A stretch of DNA of 64,000 bases from Promethearchaeota archaeon (GCA_019058445.1 JAHPZA010000001.1:128001-192000), one strand, 5' to 3'. Shown: positions 49,678 through 59,936, counted from the first letter of the stretch. The notes: a model not told the origin generated them from the sequence alone. Translations and numbers: made by a program.

Positions 49678-50382
49678 TTAGTCTTTTAAACCAACATACA
49701 TAAATAATGGTCCACTAATATACCCGATTCTAATGAAAATCAAAGCAAATCCCGGTTCTGTTAAAGATTCAAATAGACCAAATATAGCATACAAAAATAT
49801 CCCTAAAGAAACTAATAAAAGTTTCTTTCTTACGTTTCCAGTTGCTTGTAAAGCCTTGATTAAGAAGCCTATTCCTAAAAAAACAATTAGGGAGATAATA
49901 AAAATTATCATTAAAAAGCCAGCAGGAGACAGTAATACTAAATTATAATCTATTAATGCGTCTCCAGATCTCTTGGGGTATACAAAATTAAAAGAATTCA
50001 TCGGATTCGCGAAAATCGCGATTTCGAATAAAATCATTAATACAAGGTAGATAATCGTGATAATTCTTTTCTTTTCTGGTAACATGAGTCTTGCGCCCAT
50101 ATGCATACCAAGTACGACGAGGGGCGCGATCCATATGTAACTTAATAGACCTACTAGACCATATATATTTTGTATATTTTTTCCTGACAAAATAACTATT
50201 AAAAAATCTAAAAATACTCCTAGGAAAGCAAGACCCGCTAAAATTACAAGCAATCCCACGTAAAATAGAAGATTAGCATCAATTTTTTTTGATTTGTATA
50301 TAAAATAGAGTCCAAATATACATCCGAGTATTACTACACCTGACGCTGTTAATCCATCGATCCAGCCTATTGTAGATAACAA
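49678..50382 (-). CDS. Multi-pass (~7 TM) membrane protein, paralogue of 48501-49211
   Basis: About seven hydrophobic segments; IGWIDGLTA, GLLSYIWIAP. Confidence 0.8.
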   Translation of the reverse strand: MLSTIGWIDGLTASGVVILGCIFGLYFIYKSKKIDANLLFYVGLLVILAGLAFLGVFLDFLIVILSGKNIQNIYGLVGLLSYIWIAPLVVLGMHMGARLMLPEKKRIITIIYLVLMILFEIAIFANPMNSFNFVYPKRSGDALIDYNLVLLSPAGFLMIIFIISLIVFLGIGFLIKALQATGNVRKKLLLVSLGIFLYAIFGLFESLTEPGFALIFIRIGYISGPLFMYVGLKD

Positions 50383-50637
50383 TTAATTTTCACCCATTTT
50401 AATTTTATTTTCTAACGATAGATCTCACTCAGTTATAAATTTATTTAATAAATTATTAATCTCATTAGTTATTTAAATATACGCTTTTTAAGTTCTTTTT
50501 ATTTTAATTTTAGGTTAATTTGTTAACACATATATTAAATTCATAACATAAAATGAAAAGAATTGATTACTGATAATTTAATTCATTCCAAAATGATAAA
50601 TCGTCCTGTTTATAAATTTAATTCAGAAATAAACAGC

Positions 50638-50796
50638 TTAGTTCTTTTGATGTAATTTTTTGATAATCAAAAGTTCCACAATTTTTTTGAATTTAAACCA
50701 TTTTTCCTCGTCAATTTCACCACTTAACCGGGTATTTCGCTTCGTTTGTTGGTTAAAATATACAACATTACATGGAACTTTATTTTTTGATATCAT
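50638..50796 (-). CDS. Small unannotated ORF (52 aa)
   Basis: MISKNKVPCNVVYFNQQTKRNTRLSGEIDEEKWFKFKKIVELLIIKKLHQKN; fills the gap downstream of the Fe-S gene on the same strand. Confidence 0.45.
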   Translation of the reverse strand: MISKNKVPCNVVYFNQQTKRNTRLSGEIDEEKWFKFKKIVELLIIKKLHQKN

Positions 50797-50882
50797 ATGT
50801 TCATATTGAAAATTAACTATAAAAAGAAAGAAATTTTTCTTCTGTGACCCTATTAAATCAATATTTTAAGAGAAGTAGAGAT

Positions 50883-52046
50883 TTAAAGTAATGAAATGAG
50901 TTCTGATAATAAATTGTTGAGATCAATGACATTAATATCATACCTGTTCTTTTCTACAACTGATTTATATTGATATTCACAAAATGGGCAAGCAGTTAAA
51001 ATGGTATGTGCTCCAAGCTCTTTGACTTCCTCTAATCGCTGTATTGTAGTTTTTTCAGCTAACTCAGGATACGCAGATCGAACTCCCGAACCGGAACCAC
51101 AGCAATTTGAGTCTTCTTTAGTTTGATTAAACTCTGCATAAGGAAGTTGGATTGCATCTAAAATTGCCCTAGGTTCATTATAAATGCCCAACCCTCTAGC
51201 TAAATGACAAGGATCATGCCAAATAATGGGTCCTTTTATGGTAGTTTTTAATAGTTCGTTAATTTTTGATTTTAAATCTCCTAGTTTGGATATTTTATCA
51301 ACAAGGTATTCTGAGAAATGTAAAAGTTTCGTGTCTTCAAATTTTTCTTTTAATTCCGATTTATATATCTCTTTAAACGCCGTTAGACATCCAGGACATG
51401 TGAAAATTATCTGTTTAGGAATATTTTCTCTTATTTCATTTAACATCGAATTAGTAAGATCATATAATAGTTCATTATGTCCGGTACGATATAAAATACC
51501 AGAACAACATGTTTCATTTTTCAATACTTTAATATTTTCTCCTAATTTTTCAAATAGTTTTAGGGTGTGTAATGCTATTTCAGGTATTCGATAAATAGCC
51601 ATACATCCTGGGTAATATATTGAATCAGCATTTACATTTCCTTTCAAATTTGGCCATGAAGCGTCTCTTGGTTGCGTTTCTCCAAATGGATTTCCATGGT
51701 TTTTTATATTCTCAACAATTTTTTTATGTGCTTCAGGATAGTTGTCAGCTTCAACTAATTTCTTTTTACCAAGATATATAATAGAGGGAACATCTACTCC
51801 TGAGGGACAAATATATTCACAATGACCGCACCCTGTACATGAAAAAAGGCGTTCTTTTGCTAATTCACTATTCTGGAACCTTAAATCTGGATCTTGCATT
51901 ATAGCGTGGACGATGGAGACCTTTCCTCGAGCAAAAGAACTTTCCCATCTAGTATCTTCATCATATCCCGGACACTCCATATCTTTGGGACAAAATCCAC
52001 ATAAATTACATTTCCATATTATACCAAGTAATTGTTTTTCTCTCAT
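50883..52046 (-). CDS. Fe-S oxidoreductase (GlcF/HdrD-like, CCG domains)
   Basis: CNLCGFC, CTGCGHCEYICP, CCSG, HDPCHL, CCGSG, ACPFC. Confidence 0.9.
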   Translation of the reverse strand: MREKQLLGIIWKCNLCGFCPKDMECPGYDEDTRWESSFARGKVSIVHAIMQDPDLRFQNSELAKERLFSCTGCGHCEYICPSGVDVPSIIYLGKKKLVEADNYPEAHKKIVENIKNHGNPFGETQPRDASWPNLKGNVNADSIYYPGCMAIYRIPEIALHTLKLFEKLGENIKVLKNETCCSGILYRTGHNELLYDLTNSMLNEIRENIPKQIIFTCPGCLTAFKEIYKSELKEKFEDTKLLHFSEYLVDKISKLGDLKSKINELLKTTIKGPIIWHDPCHLARGLGIYNEPRAILDAIQLPYAEFNQTKEDSNCCGSGSGVRSAYPELAEKTTIQRLEEVKELGAHTILTACPFCEYQYKSVVEKNRYDINVIDLNNLLSELISLL

Positions 52047-52063
52047 AGTAAACTCTTTTCTAT

Positions 52064-53545
52064 TTAATTTGAAAAAATCGCAAGTTTATTTATTGAATAC
52101 ATTTTACCGGGATTTAAGATGTTGTTAGGATCAAAAATAGATTTAATTTTGCCCATAAGTTCTACAACTTCCTCCCCTAATACCGTACCTAAATAGGGGG
52201 CTTTCCAAATTCCGCATCCATGTTCCGCCGATACCGACCCCCCTAGGGATGTTGCTAATGTGACTAATTGTTCTTGAAGATCACCCATTTTTTGAACATC
52301 TGCTTTAGATTTTAATGTTACAGTTGAAATAAAATGAACATTACCATCTCCTAAATGCCCCATACGAGTAAAAATCAAATTATGAGATCTCATAATTTCC
52401 CCAAACTGTTCCATTAAATTATATATCTTGCTATAGGGAACAGAAAAGTCTAAAATTGCCGGAATTAGGGAAGAAGGATTCTTTTCAGGTCTTCTAATTC
52501 GTAATAATGAGGGTCCTGCCCCATCTCTTGCTTTCCAAATGTATTCATGTTCAAGACCTCTCAGAATTTTTATATCAGATGCGTGTTGATTACGTGAGAA
52601 TAAATTTTTAATACGATTAGCATAGTCTGAGGTAGTTTTCTCATCCCCATCTAAACGGACTAATATTGCAGCCTTAGCTATTTTTAATACCATTTTGGGA
52701 GTTAATCTAGATAAGTATGAATTCATCCCACTTAGTACTAATTGGTCAACCATTTCTATTGACATTGGAATTATCATTTCTTTTATTTCTTTTGCTATTT
52801 GAACAGCTACTTCAATGGAGTCAAAATATCCTAGAATAGTTACGAAACTTTCTGGAAGAGGTAAAAATTCTAAAGCTGCCTCGGTTATTACCCCTAAAGT
52901 CCCCTCAGATCCTACAAAGAGACTTAATAAATCCAAGCCAGCTACAGTTTTTTTCACTTGGCGTCCAAGTTGGACTTTTTGACCAGTACCTAAAATAGTT
53001 TTCAGATTTAACACATAATCTTTTGTTGTTCCGTATTTTATTGCTGATTCGCCTGAAGCATCATTGGCTATCATTCCACCAATGGTGCACACGTCTGCTG
53101 AACCCGGATTACAGGGTATCCAATAACCTCTACCCGTATTTCTTAAAACTTTACCTAAATCTTTATATAACACTCCCGGTTCTACAATTGCATAATTATC
53201 CTCAGTGTCAATTTTAATAATATGATTCATCCGAGAAAAATCTAAGACAACGCCTCCCTCGATCGGAAGAAACTGGCCCCCATAACTTGTCCCGGCCCCT
53301 CTTGGTATAATTTTTAAAGATTCTTCATTTGCCAAATCTATAATAGATTTAACTTGGTCAGCATTATCTGGTTTTACCACGAGATCTGCCATAATTCGAT
53401 AATTATCATCTACCCAACTAAGAGCCCGAGAAACTAGATCATGGGAATAACAATAGAGCTCAACAGGATCATCTGAGAGATATTTATCTCCAACAATAGT
53501 TTTTAATTTTGCTTTAATTGAGGGTTCAATCATGATTATACTCAA
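52064..53545 (-). CDS. FAD-linked oxidase (GlcD/D-lactate dehydrogenase-like)
   Basis: PRGAGTS, TIGGMIA, GSEGTLG, GHLGDGNVH, SAEHG, DPNNILNPGK. Confidence 0.9.
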   Translation of the reverse strand: MSIIMIEPSIKAKLKTIVGDKYLSDDPVELYCYSHDLVSRALSWVDDNYRIMADLVVKPDNADQVKSIIDLANEESLKIIPRGAGTSYGGQFLPIEGGVVLDFSRMNHIIKIDTEDNYAIVEPGVLYKDLGKVLRNTGRGYWIPCNPGSADVCTIGGMIANDASGESAIKYGTTKDYVLNLKTILGTGQKVQLGRQVKKTVAGLDLLSLFVGSEGTLGVITEAALEFLPLPESFVTILGYFDSIEVAVQIAKEIKEMIIPMSIEMVDQLVLSGMNSYLSRLTPKMVLKIAKAAILVRLDGDEKTTSDYANRIKNLFSRNQHASDIKILRGLEHEYIWKARDGAGPSLLRIRRPEKNPSSLIPAILDFSVPYSKIYNLMEQFGEIMRSHNLIFTRMGHLGDGNVHFISTVTLKSKADVQKMGDLQEQLVTLATSLGGSVSAEHGCGIWKAPYLGTVLGEEVVELMGKIKSIFDPNNILNPGKMYSINKLAIFSN

Positions 53546-53699
53546 TATATTTCTTAAAACGTAAATTTATTCAAAATCCAAATTAATAAGTACCAAAATT
53601 AATTCTTCATTTAAATTATTACCATTAATCCTCTGTAAAAAAATAGAAAAATAATAGAATATATGAGAGTATAGACATAAATTTAAAAGGTGATAGAAA

Positions 53700-54299
53700 T
53701 TGAAGGAGAATGAATTGGATTATAAAGAATTAGAACCAGAGATAAAAGTATTGGAGAAAAAGGGATTTTTGATTCTCATACAACTTATTGGATGGGCACT
53801 TTTCGGATTCTGTGTATATCGATGGATAACTTATTTTTTTATATATGAATATTATAGGTCCCTTACACATACTACATATCTTACTTTAATCATAATAAGT
53901 CTTACGTGCATTAATAAATTTGAGTCTCCTCTTTTAAATTCTGCGGCAAGTATGTCCTTTTTGCTTTTCATTATAGTTTCAGTAATATTTGTATCATTAG
54001 CAACCGATATATTCACTTTTATCGATGGAGTTGTATTACATGGCGCTATTGCTGCATTTCAAATGTATATACTACTCAATAAAAAGATCGTAGTCAGTAA
54101 GAAATATTTATTATGGAGCTTTTTACTTTACTTAATTTTTATAAGTTCTTACGATAGTTTCGCCCGCATAATTGCCGCTATTGACATGAATGAAGAAACA
54201 TCAAGCATTAAAATGACCGTTCAAATATTTTATGCTTTATGCATTAGTACGATGCTAGTGTATGTTATTAAGAAGAAATGTGGAATTTTGTTTCCCTAA
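53700..54299 (+). CDS. Multi-pass membrane protein
   Basis: About six hydrophobic segments. Confidence 0.7.
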   Translation: MKENELDYKELEPEIKVLEKKGFLILIQLIGWALFGFCVYRWITYFFIYEYYRSLTHTTYLTLIIISLTCINKFESPLLNSAASMSFLLFIIVSVIFVSLATDIFTFIDGVVLHGAIAAFQMYILLNKKIVVSKKYLLWSFLLYLIFISSYDSFARIIAAIDMNEETSSIKMTVQIFYALCISTMLVYVIKKKCGILFP

Positions 54300-54309
54300 G
54301 AAAGATATT

Positions 54310-54759
54310 TTAAGATGTTTCAATTTTTTTTTTGTAGCAAGAACAACAATAAAATTGTAGTAGAGGATTTATCCAATATCTCATTAATGCCTCTTGTGAA
54401 AAGTTTTTATTAAAAGAAGAGCAACTGCATTCTAAAAAAGTTATCTCCTTCTCGCAATCTATACATTTTCTTTTTAAATTATATGCATGTTTAAAATCAA
54501 CAAGGCAAGAGGGACAAAATACTTTATGTTTCAAATTTTTCCAAGTTTTTGAGATATCAATATCTGGGATAAATTTGAATTGGTCTTTATTGTTTAATAT
54601 GTTAAAGAAACTCTCTACAGGATTATTATATGAGCTTAAGTAGTGATAGACATTTTTAAATTCATTAAAATAGAATCTTTCATGACAAATCGAACAAGAA
54701 CGGCTCTCATTTAGAGAAATTTTATTGTTTTTCTTTTTTGAATGGATTAGACTTTTCAA
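54310..54759 (-). CDS. Protein with two tandem Cys4 Zn-finger-like modules
   Basis: CSIC...W.N...FCPSC and CIDC...W.N...YCCSC. Confidence 0.65.
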   Translation of the reverse strand: MKSLIHSKKKNNKISLNESRSCSICHERFYFNEFKNVYHYLSSYNNPVESFFNILNNKDQFKFIPDIDISKTWKNLKHKVFCPSCLVDFKHAYNLKRKCIDCEKEITFLECSCSSFNKNFSQEALMRYWINPLLQFYCCSCYKKKIETS

Positions 54760-54936
54760 GATTTATCCTTTAGTTTTGTCTGGTTTGGAGCTCAAAATTT
54801 AAAAGGTTTTTTTTAAATTTCTATCTTCTCATATAAAAATTTTCATTTAAAACTTTATGGATATCTTTTTATATCGAATACGCTTATAGTTGATAATTTA
54901 AAAAAGAAAACTGGGTTTATTGCTTTAAGATTTTGA

Positions 54937-55830
54937 CTATAAACCCCACATATTATCTATCTTTTCAGCTAATTTATCTTGAATGAGAATAATTTCAGTA
55001 TCAAAGTAATTTTTTACAATATCTATTATAAATTTGAAATATGGTTTACTTATTTTTATGAAATGAGTATCTTCTAAATATCGTATTGCTTTTTTCGCTT
55101 CTAGTGGACGGCTTATATCTTGTTTATTATAGAATTCGAATAATTTATGAGCTAGTGTATAAATTTCTCTAATTTTATCTCTTAAATTCTTTAAAGCTAA
55201 ATTTGAATCACTTTCTTTAAAGAATTCTTTAATAAATTCTTGTTCTATTTTTAATTCATTTATGTTTAGTGATTTTTTCATCCTTCCAGTTATTCTTTTA
55301 CCTTCTAAGACTAAATATTCCGTATAATGTTTTTTACTAACCTTATATGTCTCTTTTGTATGGATTAAAATGTGGGCATCGAACGATTTTTGAAAAGTAT
55401 AATCGAAAAAATCAAATAATGTATCTTTAAGATATTCAAGATTATTATCTATTACGATCAAAATTCTCTTTTTAATTAAGCTCCCTCGAATTGCATAAAT
55501 TAGAATTTCAGGTCTAAGATTCATCTTAATCTCAAACACATCAATATCTTGAGGTTTAAGTTCTGGAGTAAGGTCGATCTTAGGTTCTATATCGTCTAAT
55601 AAAGCATCTAATTTTTGATAGCCTCTTACTTTAAGATGTTTATCAATAAACGGTACAAATGCATGATCGCACACTCTTCCTGTGGGAATAAATAAACTGG
55701 TCAATTGTTTTGACTGGTCAATTATACGCATAGGAATATTGACAATTTTTTTTGAGCGACAGATAGGGCACACAATCTCAACATTTCCCCACACTTCAGT
55801 TTCTATATTACTTTGTGTTTTAACAGCCAT
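54937..55830 (-). CDS. Hypothetical protein with N-terminal CxxC...CxH...VRGY Zn-binding domain
   Basis: CPIC...CDHAF.PFID...VRGYQK domain shared with 60428-61075. Confidence 0.75.
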   Translation of the reverse strand: MAVKTQSNIETEVWGNVEIVCPICRSKKIVNIPMRIIDQSKQLTSLFIPTGRVCDHAFVPFIDKHLKVRGYQKLDALLDDIEPKIDLTPELKPQDIDVFEIKMNLRPEILIYAIRGSLIKKRILIVIDNNLEYLKDTLFDFFDYTFQKSFDAHILIHTKETYKVSKKHYTEYLVLEGKRITGRMKKSLNINELKIEQEFIKEFFKESDSNLALKNLRDKIREIYTLAHKLFEFYNKQDISRPLEAKKAIRYLEDTHFIKISKPYFKFIIDIVKNYFDTEIILIQDKLAEKIDNMWGL

Positions 55831-56004
55831 ATATCATTTTGATCCATTTTTTGTTATGTATTGCTAATTCACCTAAAAAAACTAAACTTTTTTTTTAGAT
55901 TAAACTTTATTTAGAAAAAATTTTGATCCAATAAGCAATATAACATAAGATTGATGGACAAAAAAATAATTAAAAATAAATGATTGAAATTGCCGTTTAT
56001 CAGC

Positions 56005-56475
56005 TTATTCCTCTTGTTTATGGATGTCAGCAATGGTAAGATTAAATCTCTTAAGTATTTTAGGATCGATTTTTAAACCATGATAAGGGGTGCCAGCGGA
56101 GCCTAAGATGAAATCTTTTGTAATTACCTTTTTATCTATATATACTGGCATTTTGTTTATAACAGAAATAGGAGGAACGCCTCCAATTGAATATCCCGTA
56201 CTCTCTTTTATGAGTTTTTCAGAGGCAAACGTGAATTTTTTCATTTGTGATATGGTTTCTAACTTTTTTAGATCTAACTGTTGGTTTCCTAAGAGAATTA
56301 CAGATAAAAGATCTCCCTTTTTAGATTTCAATATCAAACATTTAATTATATTCTCAAGAGGAATATTGAGTGCTTTTGCGATATTCTCAGAGTGCGTCCC
56401 ATTTATGTTTTCATGTTCTATAATTTCTCCATTGATACCTAAATCGGACATTATAATTTTTGTTTTCTCAATCAT
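56005..56475 (-). CDS. YbaK/EbsC aminoacyl-tRNA deacylase family
   Basis: IIKCL, TGYSIGGVPP and SAG motifs. Confidence 0.9.
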   Translation of the reverse strand: MIEKTKIIMSDLGINGEIIEHENINGTHSENIAKALNIPLENIIKCLILKSKKGDLLSVILLGNQQLDLKKLETISQMKKFTFASEKLIKESTGYSIGGVPPISVINKMPVYIDKKVITKDFILGSAGTPYHGLKIDPKILKRFNLTIADIHKQEE

Positions 56476-56814
56476 TTTACACAGGGTAAAGGATACTTAT
56501 TTTAAGATTATAGCATATATGCAGATAACGCGACTATTTCTTATCTTAAGGTTGTTGTCAATTACGAATATATTCCTATTACTATTTTCCATTCAATCTA
56601 AAAGATCTTACCAATAATATTTTTTGTTTTTTTCTATTTAAAATTACTTACTCTTTTTTCCAAATTTAGTTTTATTAAAATGCGAAAAAACATTTTAGCA
56701 TAAAAAATGAGAGGAGACTCCTAGCACATCAACCTGATTACCAGGTCAGAAAAAAAGAGGATAAATAAGATAAATTTAGTGCGAAGATTTGTACACTAAC
56801 CAAAAGACAAAAAT

Positions 56815-56973
56815 CTAGAATGTGATAGGAGTCATTTTTAATTTTTTTTTGAATTCTGAGGTGATTTGTTTTCTATTATTTTTCCTCCATGAGAATAATC
56901 TAATTCGATGTTTTTTGTCCTTATCTAAAATATTTTTAATTACTTTTACCTCTACTAAATTTAAATCTTTCAT
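56815..56973 (-). CDS. Small basic unannotated ORF (52 aa; frame stays open upstream to a TGA at 57031-57033)
   Basis: MKDLNLVEVKVIKNILDKDKKHRIRLFSWRKNNRKQITSEFKKKLKMTPITF. Confidence 0.4.
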   Translation of the reverse strand: MKDLNLVEVKVIKNILDKDKKHRIRLFSWRKNNRKQITSEFKKKLKMTPITF

Positions 56974-57198
56974 ATAGTTAGGATCGAGAAATAACTCGAT
57001 TTTATCCTTGTTTACTTTTTTTATTCCAAATCACCTTACATATCCCATTCTAGACCTACCTATAAAAAAAGCGATATTTTTTATGCTACACTCTAATGAA
57101 CAGAAATCAATTCTAATAAGTTCGGCAAGTTCACATTTTACACCCACCATAAATTAAATAAAACATTTTTTAAATTTCGGAATAATTTAAAATATATC

Positions 57199-58374
57199 AT
57201 GGATCTTTCTAACATCACTAAAGTTTTTTCTGAATCTGTTATCCGTGAAATGACGCGTATAGCCAATGAACATCCGGGATGTATCAATCTGGCTCAAGGC
57301 TTTCCTGATTTTTCAGCACCTGAGTCAATCAAAAATGCCGCAATTGAAGCAATTCGAGCAGATATAAACCAGTATGCGATAACATGGGGTTCTGTATCGC
57401 TAAGAAATGCTATTGCCGAAAAAATAACTGAATATAATAAATTAAAATTTGTGGATCCTGCAAAAAATATTACAGTCACCTGCGGCTCAACAGAAGCAAT
57501 GCTCTCTTCAATGAAAGCCATTATAAATCCTGGTGACGAAGTAATCATATTTGAACCATTTTATGAAAATTATGGTCCTGATTGTCTATTATCTGGAGCT
57601 ACTCCTCGTTACATTATGTTAAATCCTCCTGATTGGAAGTTCGAGTTTGATGAGCTTGAACAACTTTTTAATGAGAGAACAAAAGCAATAATAATTAATA
57701 CTCCAAATAATCCTACTGGAAAGGTATTTAATCAAAAAGAATTGAAATTTATCGCAGATTTATGTCTAACCTATGACTGTATTGCGATTACCGATGAGAT
57801 TTATGAACATATATTATTTGATGATCATAAGCATATTTCCATAGCATCCTTGTCTGATATGGAAAATAATTCAATTACCATTAATTCCATATCTAAAACA
57901 TACTCCCTTACTGGCTGGAGAGTTGGTTGGGCCGTTGCGAGTGAAAAAATAACCAATGAACTTAAAAAAGTTCATGATTTCCTAACAGTTGGGGCTCCAG
58001 CTCCGCTTCAAGATGCAGCAGCATTTGCACTTTCTCTTGGTGACGACTATTATAAATGGCTTGGAGATTTCTATCAACATGCTAGAGATAAGCTCTTCAA
58101 CGCTCTAAAACAAACATCTCTTAATCCAATTAAACCAGATGGAGCCTATTACATTATAACGAATTGTGAAGATTATATGGATCAATATTGTCTTCAAGAT
58201 TCAACTGATTTAGCTATACATTTGGTAAAAAACATAGGTATTGCAACCGTACCTGGTTCCTCATTTTATGCGGATCCTAAAAGTGGTCAATATCAAACCC
58301 GTTTTTGTTTTTGTAAAAAAGAAGAGACATTACAATCAGCAACCCAATGTCTTAATAAGATAAGACATAAATAA
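57199..58374 (+). CDS. Class I/II PLP aminotransferase (YbdL-like)
   Basis: INLAQGFPDF, NTPNNPTG, DEIYE, SISKTYSLTGWRVG, RFCFCK. Confidence 0.92.
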   Translation: MDLSNITKVFSESVIREMTRIANEHPGCINLAQGFPDFSAPESIKNAAIEAIRADINQYAITWGSVSLRNAIAEKITEYNKLKFVDPAKNITVTCGSTEAMLSSMKAIINPGDEVIIFEPFYENYGPDCLLSGATPRYIMLNPPDWKFEFDELEQLFNERTKAIIINTPNNPTGKVFNQKELKFIADLCLTYDCIAITDEIYEHILFDDHKHISIASLSDMENNSITINSISKTYSLTGWRVGWAVASEKITNELKKVHDFLTVGAPAPLQDAAAFALSLGDDYYKWLGDFYQHARDKLFNALKQTSLNPIKPDGAYYIITNCEDYMDQYCLQDSTDLAIHLVKNIGIATVPGSSFYADPKSGQYQTRFCFCKKEETLQSATQCLNKIRHK

Positions 58375-58481
58375 AAGACATTTAATCTCTATTTATAGGT
58401 GAAAAACCAATTTACTCGCTCCAGGTAATGCCGAGATTCAATTTCTTAAAGTTTTAAATCAATCAAACTTTACATTTATTA

Positions 58482-59618
58482 ATGGACTCATTTTTTAGAG
58501 AATCTTACAATTACTTAGCTAGAAAAATAGAAGACGCTTTAAAGAGCGTAAATAAGAGAGTAATGCAATCTTGTTTAGATATTTTAGATAATGGAAAACA
58601 AGAAAAACGTGTTACAATTGATGGAGCTGGTAGATCATTACAAAGCGCCTTATTACTCGCTAATGAGTTAGAAAACTTATATGGGATTCGAGTTAACCAA
58701 GTTAATAATGCAAATCTAAGACCTTTAAGAAAAGGAGATATATTCATAGTAAATTCTCGATCAGGGTCAGGAAAATCCACTAGAGATGCTGAATTTGCAG
58801 TAAAAAAGGGGTTAAGCGTTATCTATATAACAGGAAACCCAGAACTGGAGGAGAAATTTGAAAATGTAATTCTTATCAAGGGAGATATCAATCATGAAAG
58901 AAAATATGCCCCTCTTGGGACTGAATTCGAACAAGCAAGTGCGATTTTATGCTCATGTATGGGATATGCCTATAATAAATCCGATAAAATGAAAGCTTTT
59001 AATATTATTTGTAAAACGGTAATAAATGGGTTATATTCAAATCTTCAGGAACTGGAAAAACAAGAAAAGCCAATTGCGAGTTACACTTCATTAATAAACG
59101 ATTTTTTAGACGTTAAAAATGACAGGGTGATTTATTTTAAAGGAGCAGGGATAAATGATATCATCTCAAGAGTAATTGCAATAAGATATGGTCATTTACA
59201 TAAAGAAAATTTGAAAGATTTACACGTAGTATATGAGGGTCATTGGAAAAGTAGAAAGAAGGATGATTTAGCCGTCTTGATAAGCGGGAGTGGGGAGACA
59301 GATCAAATCCTAAAATATGCGCAGCAAGCGGGTGATGTTGGAATGAAGTTGTTTACCATAACCTCATTTAAGCAATCGAATTTAGCAAGAACTAATAAGT
59401 GGTATCGTAAATATCAAGGAAATTTAATAATTGAAGGTCGACCTGAGATGATTAGTTATTATAATAAATCAATCCATAAGGTAACTAAGACGTTCTTCCC
59501 TCAATTTGAATTAAACACTTATATTACACTTGATGCTTTATTAGCTTTAATCGCAAACCATAATGACATTACGGAAGAGGATATGAAAAAAACGCATAGA
59601 GATAAGGAGTTAGAATAG
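58482..59618 (+). CDS. Tandem SIS-domain protein, 6-phospho-3-hexuloisomerase-like
   Basis: Two SIS repeats: GAGRS...SRSGS...APLGTEFE and GAG...ISGSGET...C-terminal MKKTH. Confidence 0.75.
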   Translation: MDSFFRESYNYLARKIEDALKSVNKRVMQSCLDILDNGKQEKRVTIDGAGRSLQSALLLANELENLYGIRVNQVNNANLRPLRKGDIFIVNSRSGSGKSTRDAEFAVKKGLSVIYITGNPELEEKFENVILIKGDINHERKYAPLGTEFEQASAILCSCMGYAYNKSDKMKAFNIICKTVINGLYSNLQELEKQEKPIASYTSLINDFLDVKNDRVIYFKGAGINDIISRVIAIRYGHLHKENLKDLHVVYEGHWKSRKKDDLAVLISGSGETDQILKYAQQAGDVGMKLFTITSFKQSNLARTNKWYRKYQGNLIIEGRPEMISYYNKSIHKVTKTFFPQFELNTYITLDALLALIANHNDITEEDMKKTHRDKELE

Positions 59619-59650
59619 AAAGAGTTTAATATATAAATAAAACGTACTTC

Positions 59651-59896
59651 TTGAAAATTAGAATTAAGATGGAACAATTTCAAATTGCAAGAGTACGACC
59701 TCCCACGGAAAATTTTAGTTTAGCAATAAATACTTATTTTTTTTGTCCATGGGGCAAATGCACTTTTTGCCCGAATAATTTATTTCATGAAACAATCAAA
59801 TTTAGGAGGAGGACATTAGAAGAAATAAAAAATGATATTGATAACGCAGCCCTTCTTAATAAAAGTCTTTTAAAAAGAGAAACCTCGATCTTTTAA
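59651..59896 (+). pseudogene. Truncated radical SAM gene (N-terminal fragment only)
   Basis: RPPTE...CPWGKCTFC...RRTLEEIKNDI, then stop at 81 aa. Confidence 0.7.
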
Positions 59897-59936
59897 TAGT
59901 TGATTGTAAAACATTTGGTAGTTCATCTATGAATGA

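Noticed and set aside
56815-57048. Selenoprotein (MGYVR-TGA-FG...) with a downstream SECIS
   Set aside because: The TGA is better explained as part of a GGTGA RBS-like motif; no redox motif; downstream hairpins lack the AUGA/GA core with a long upper helix
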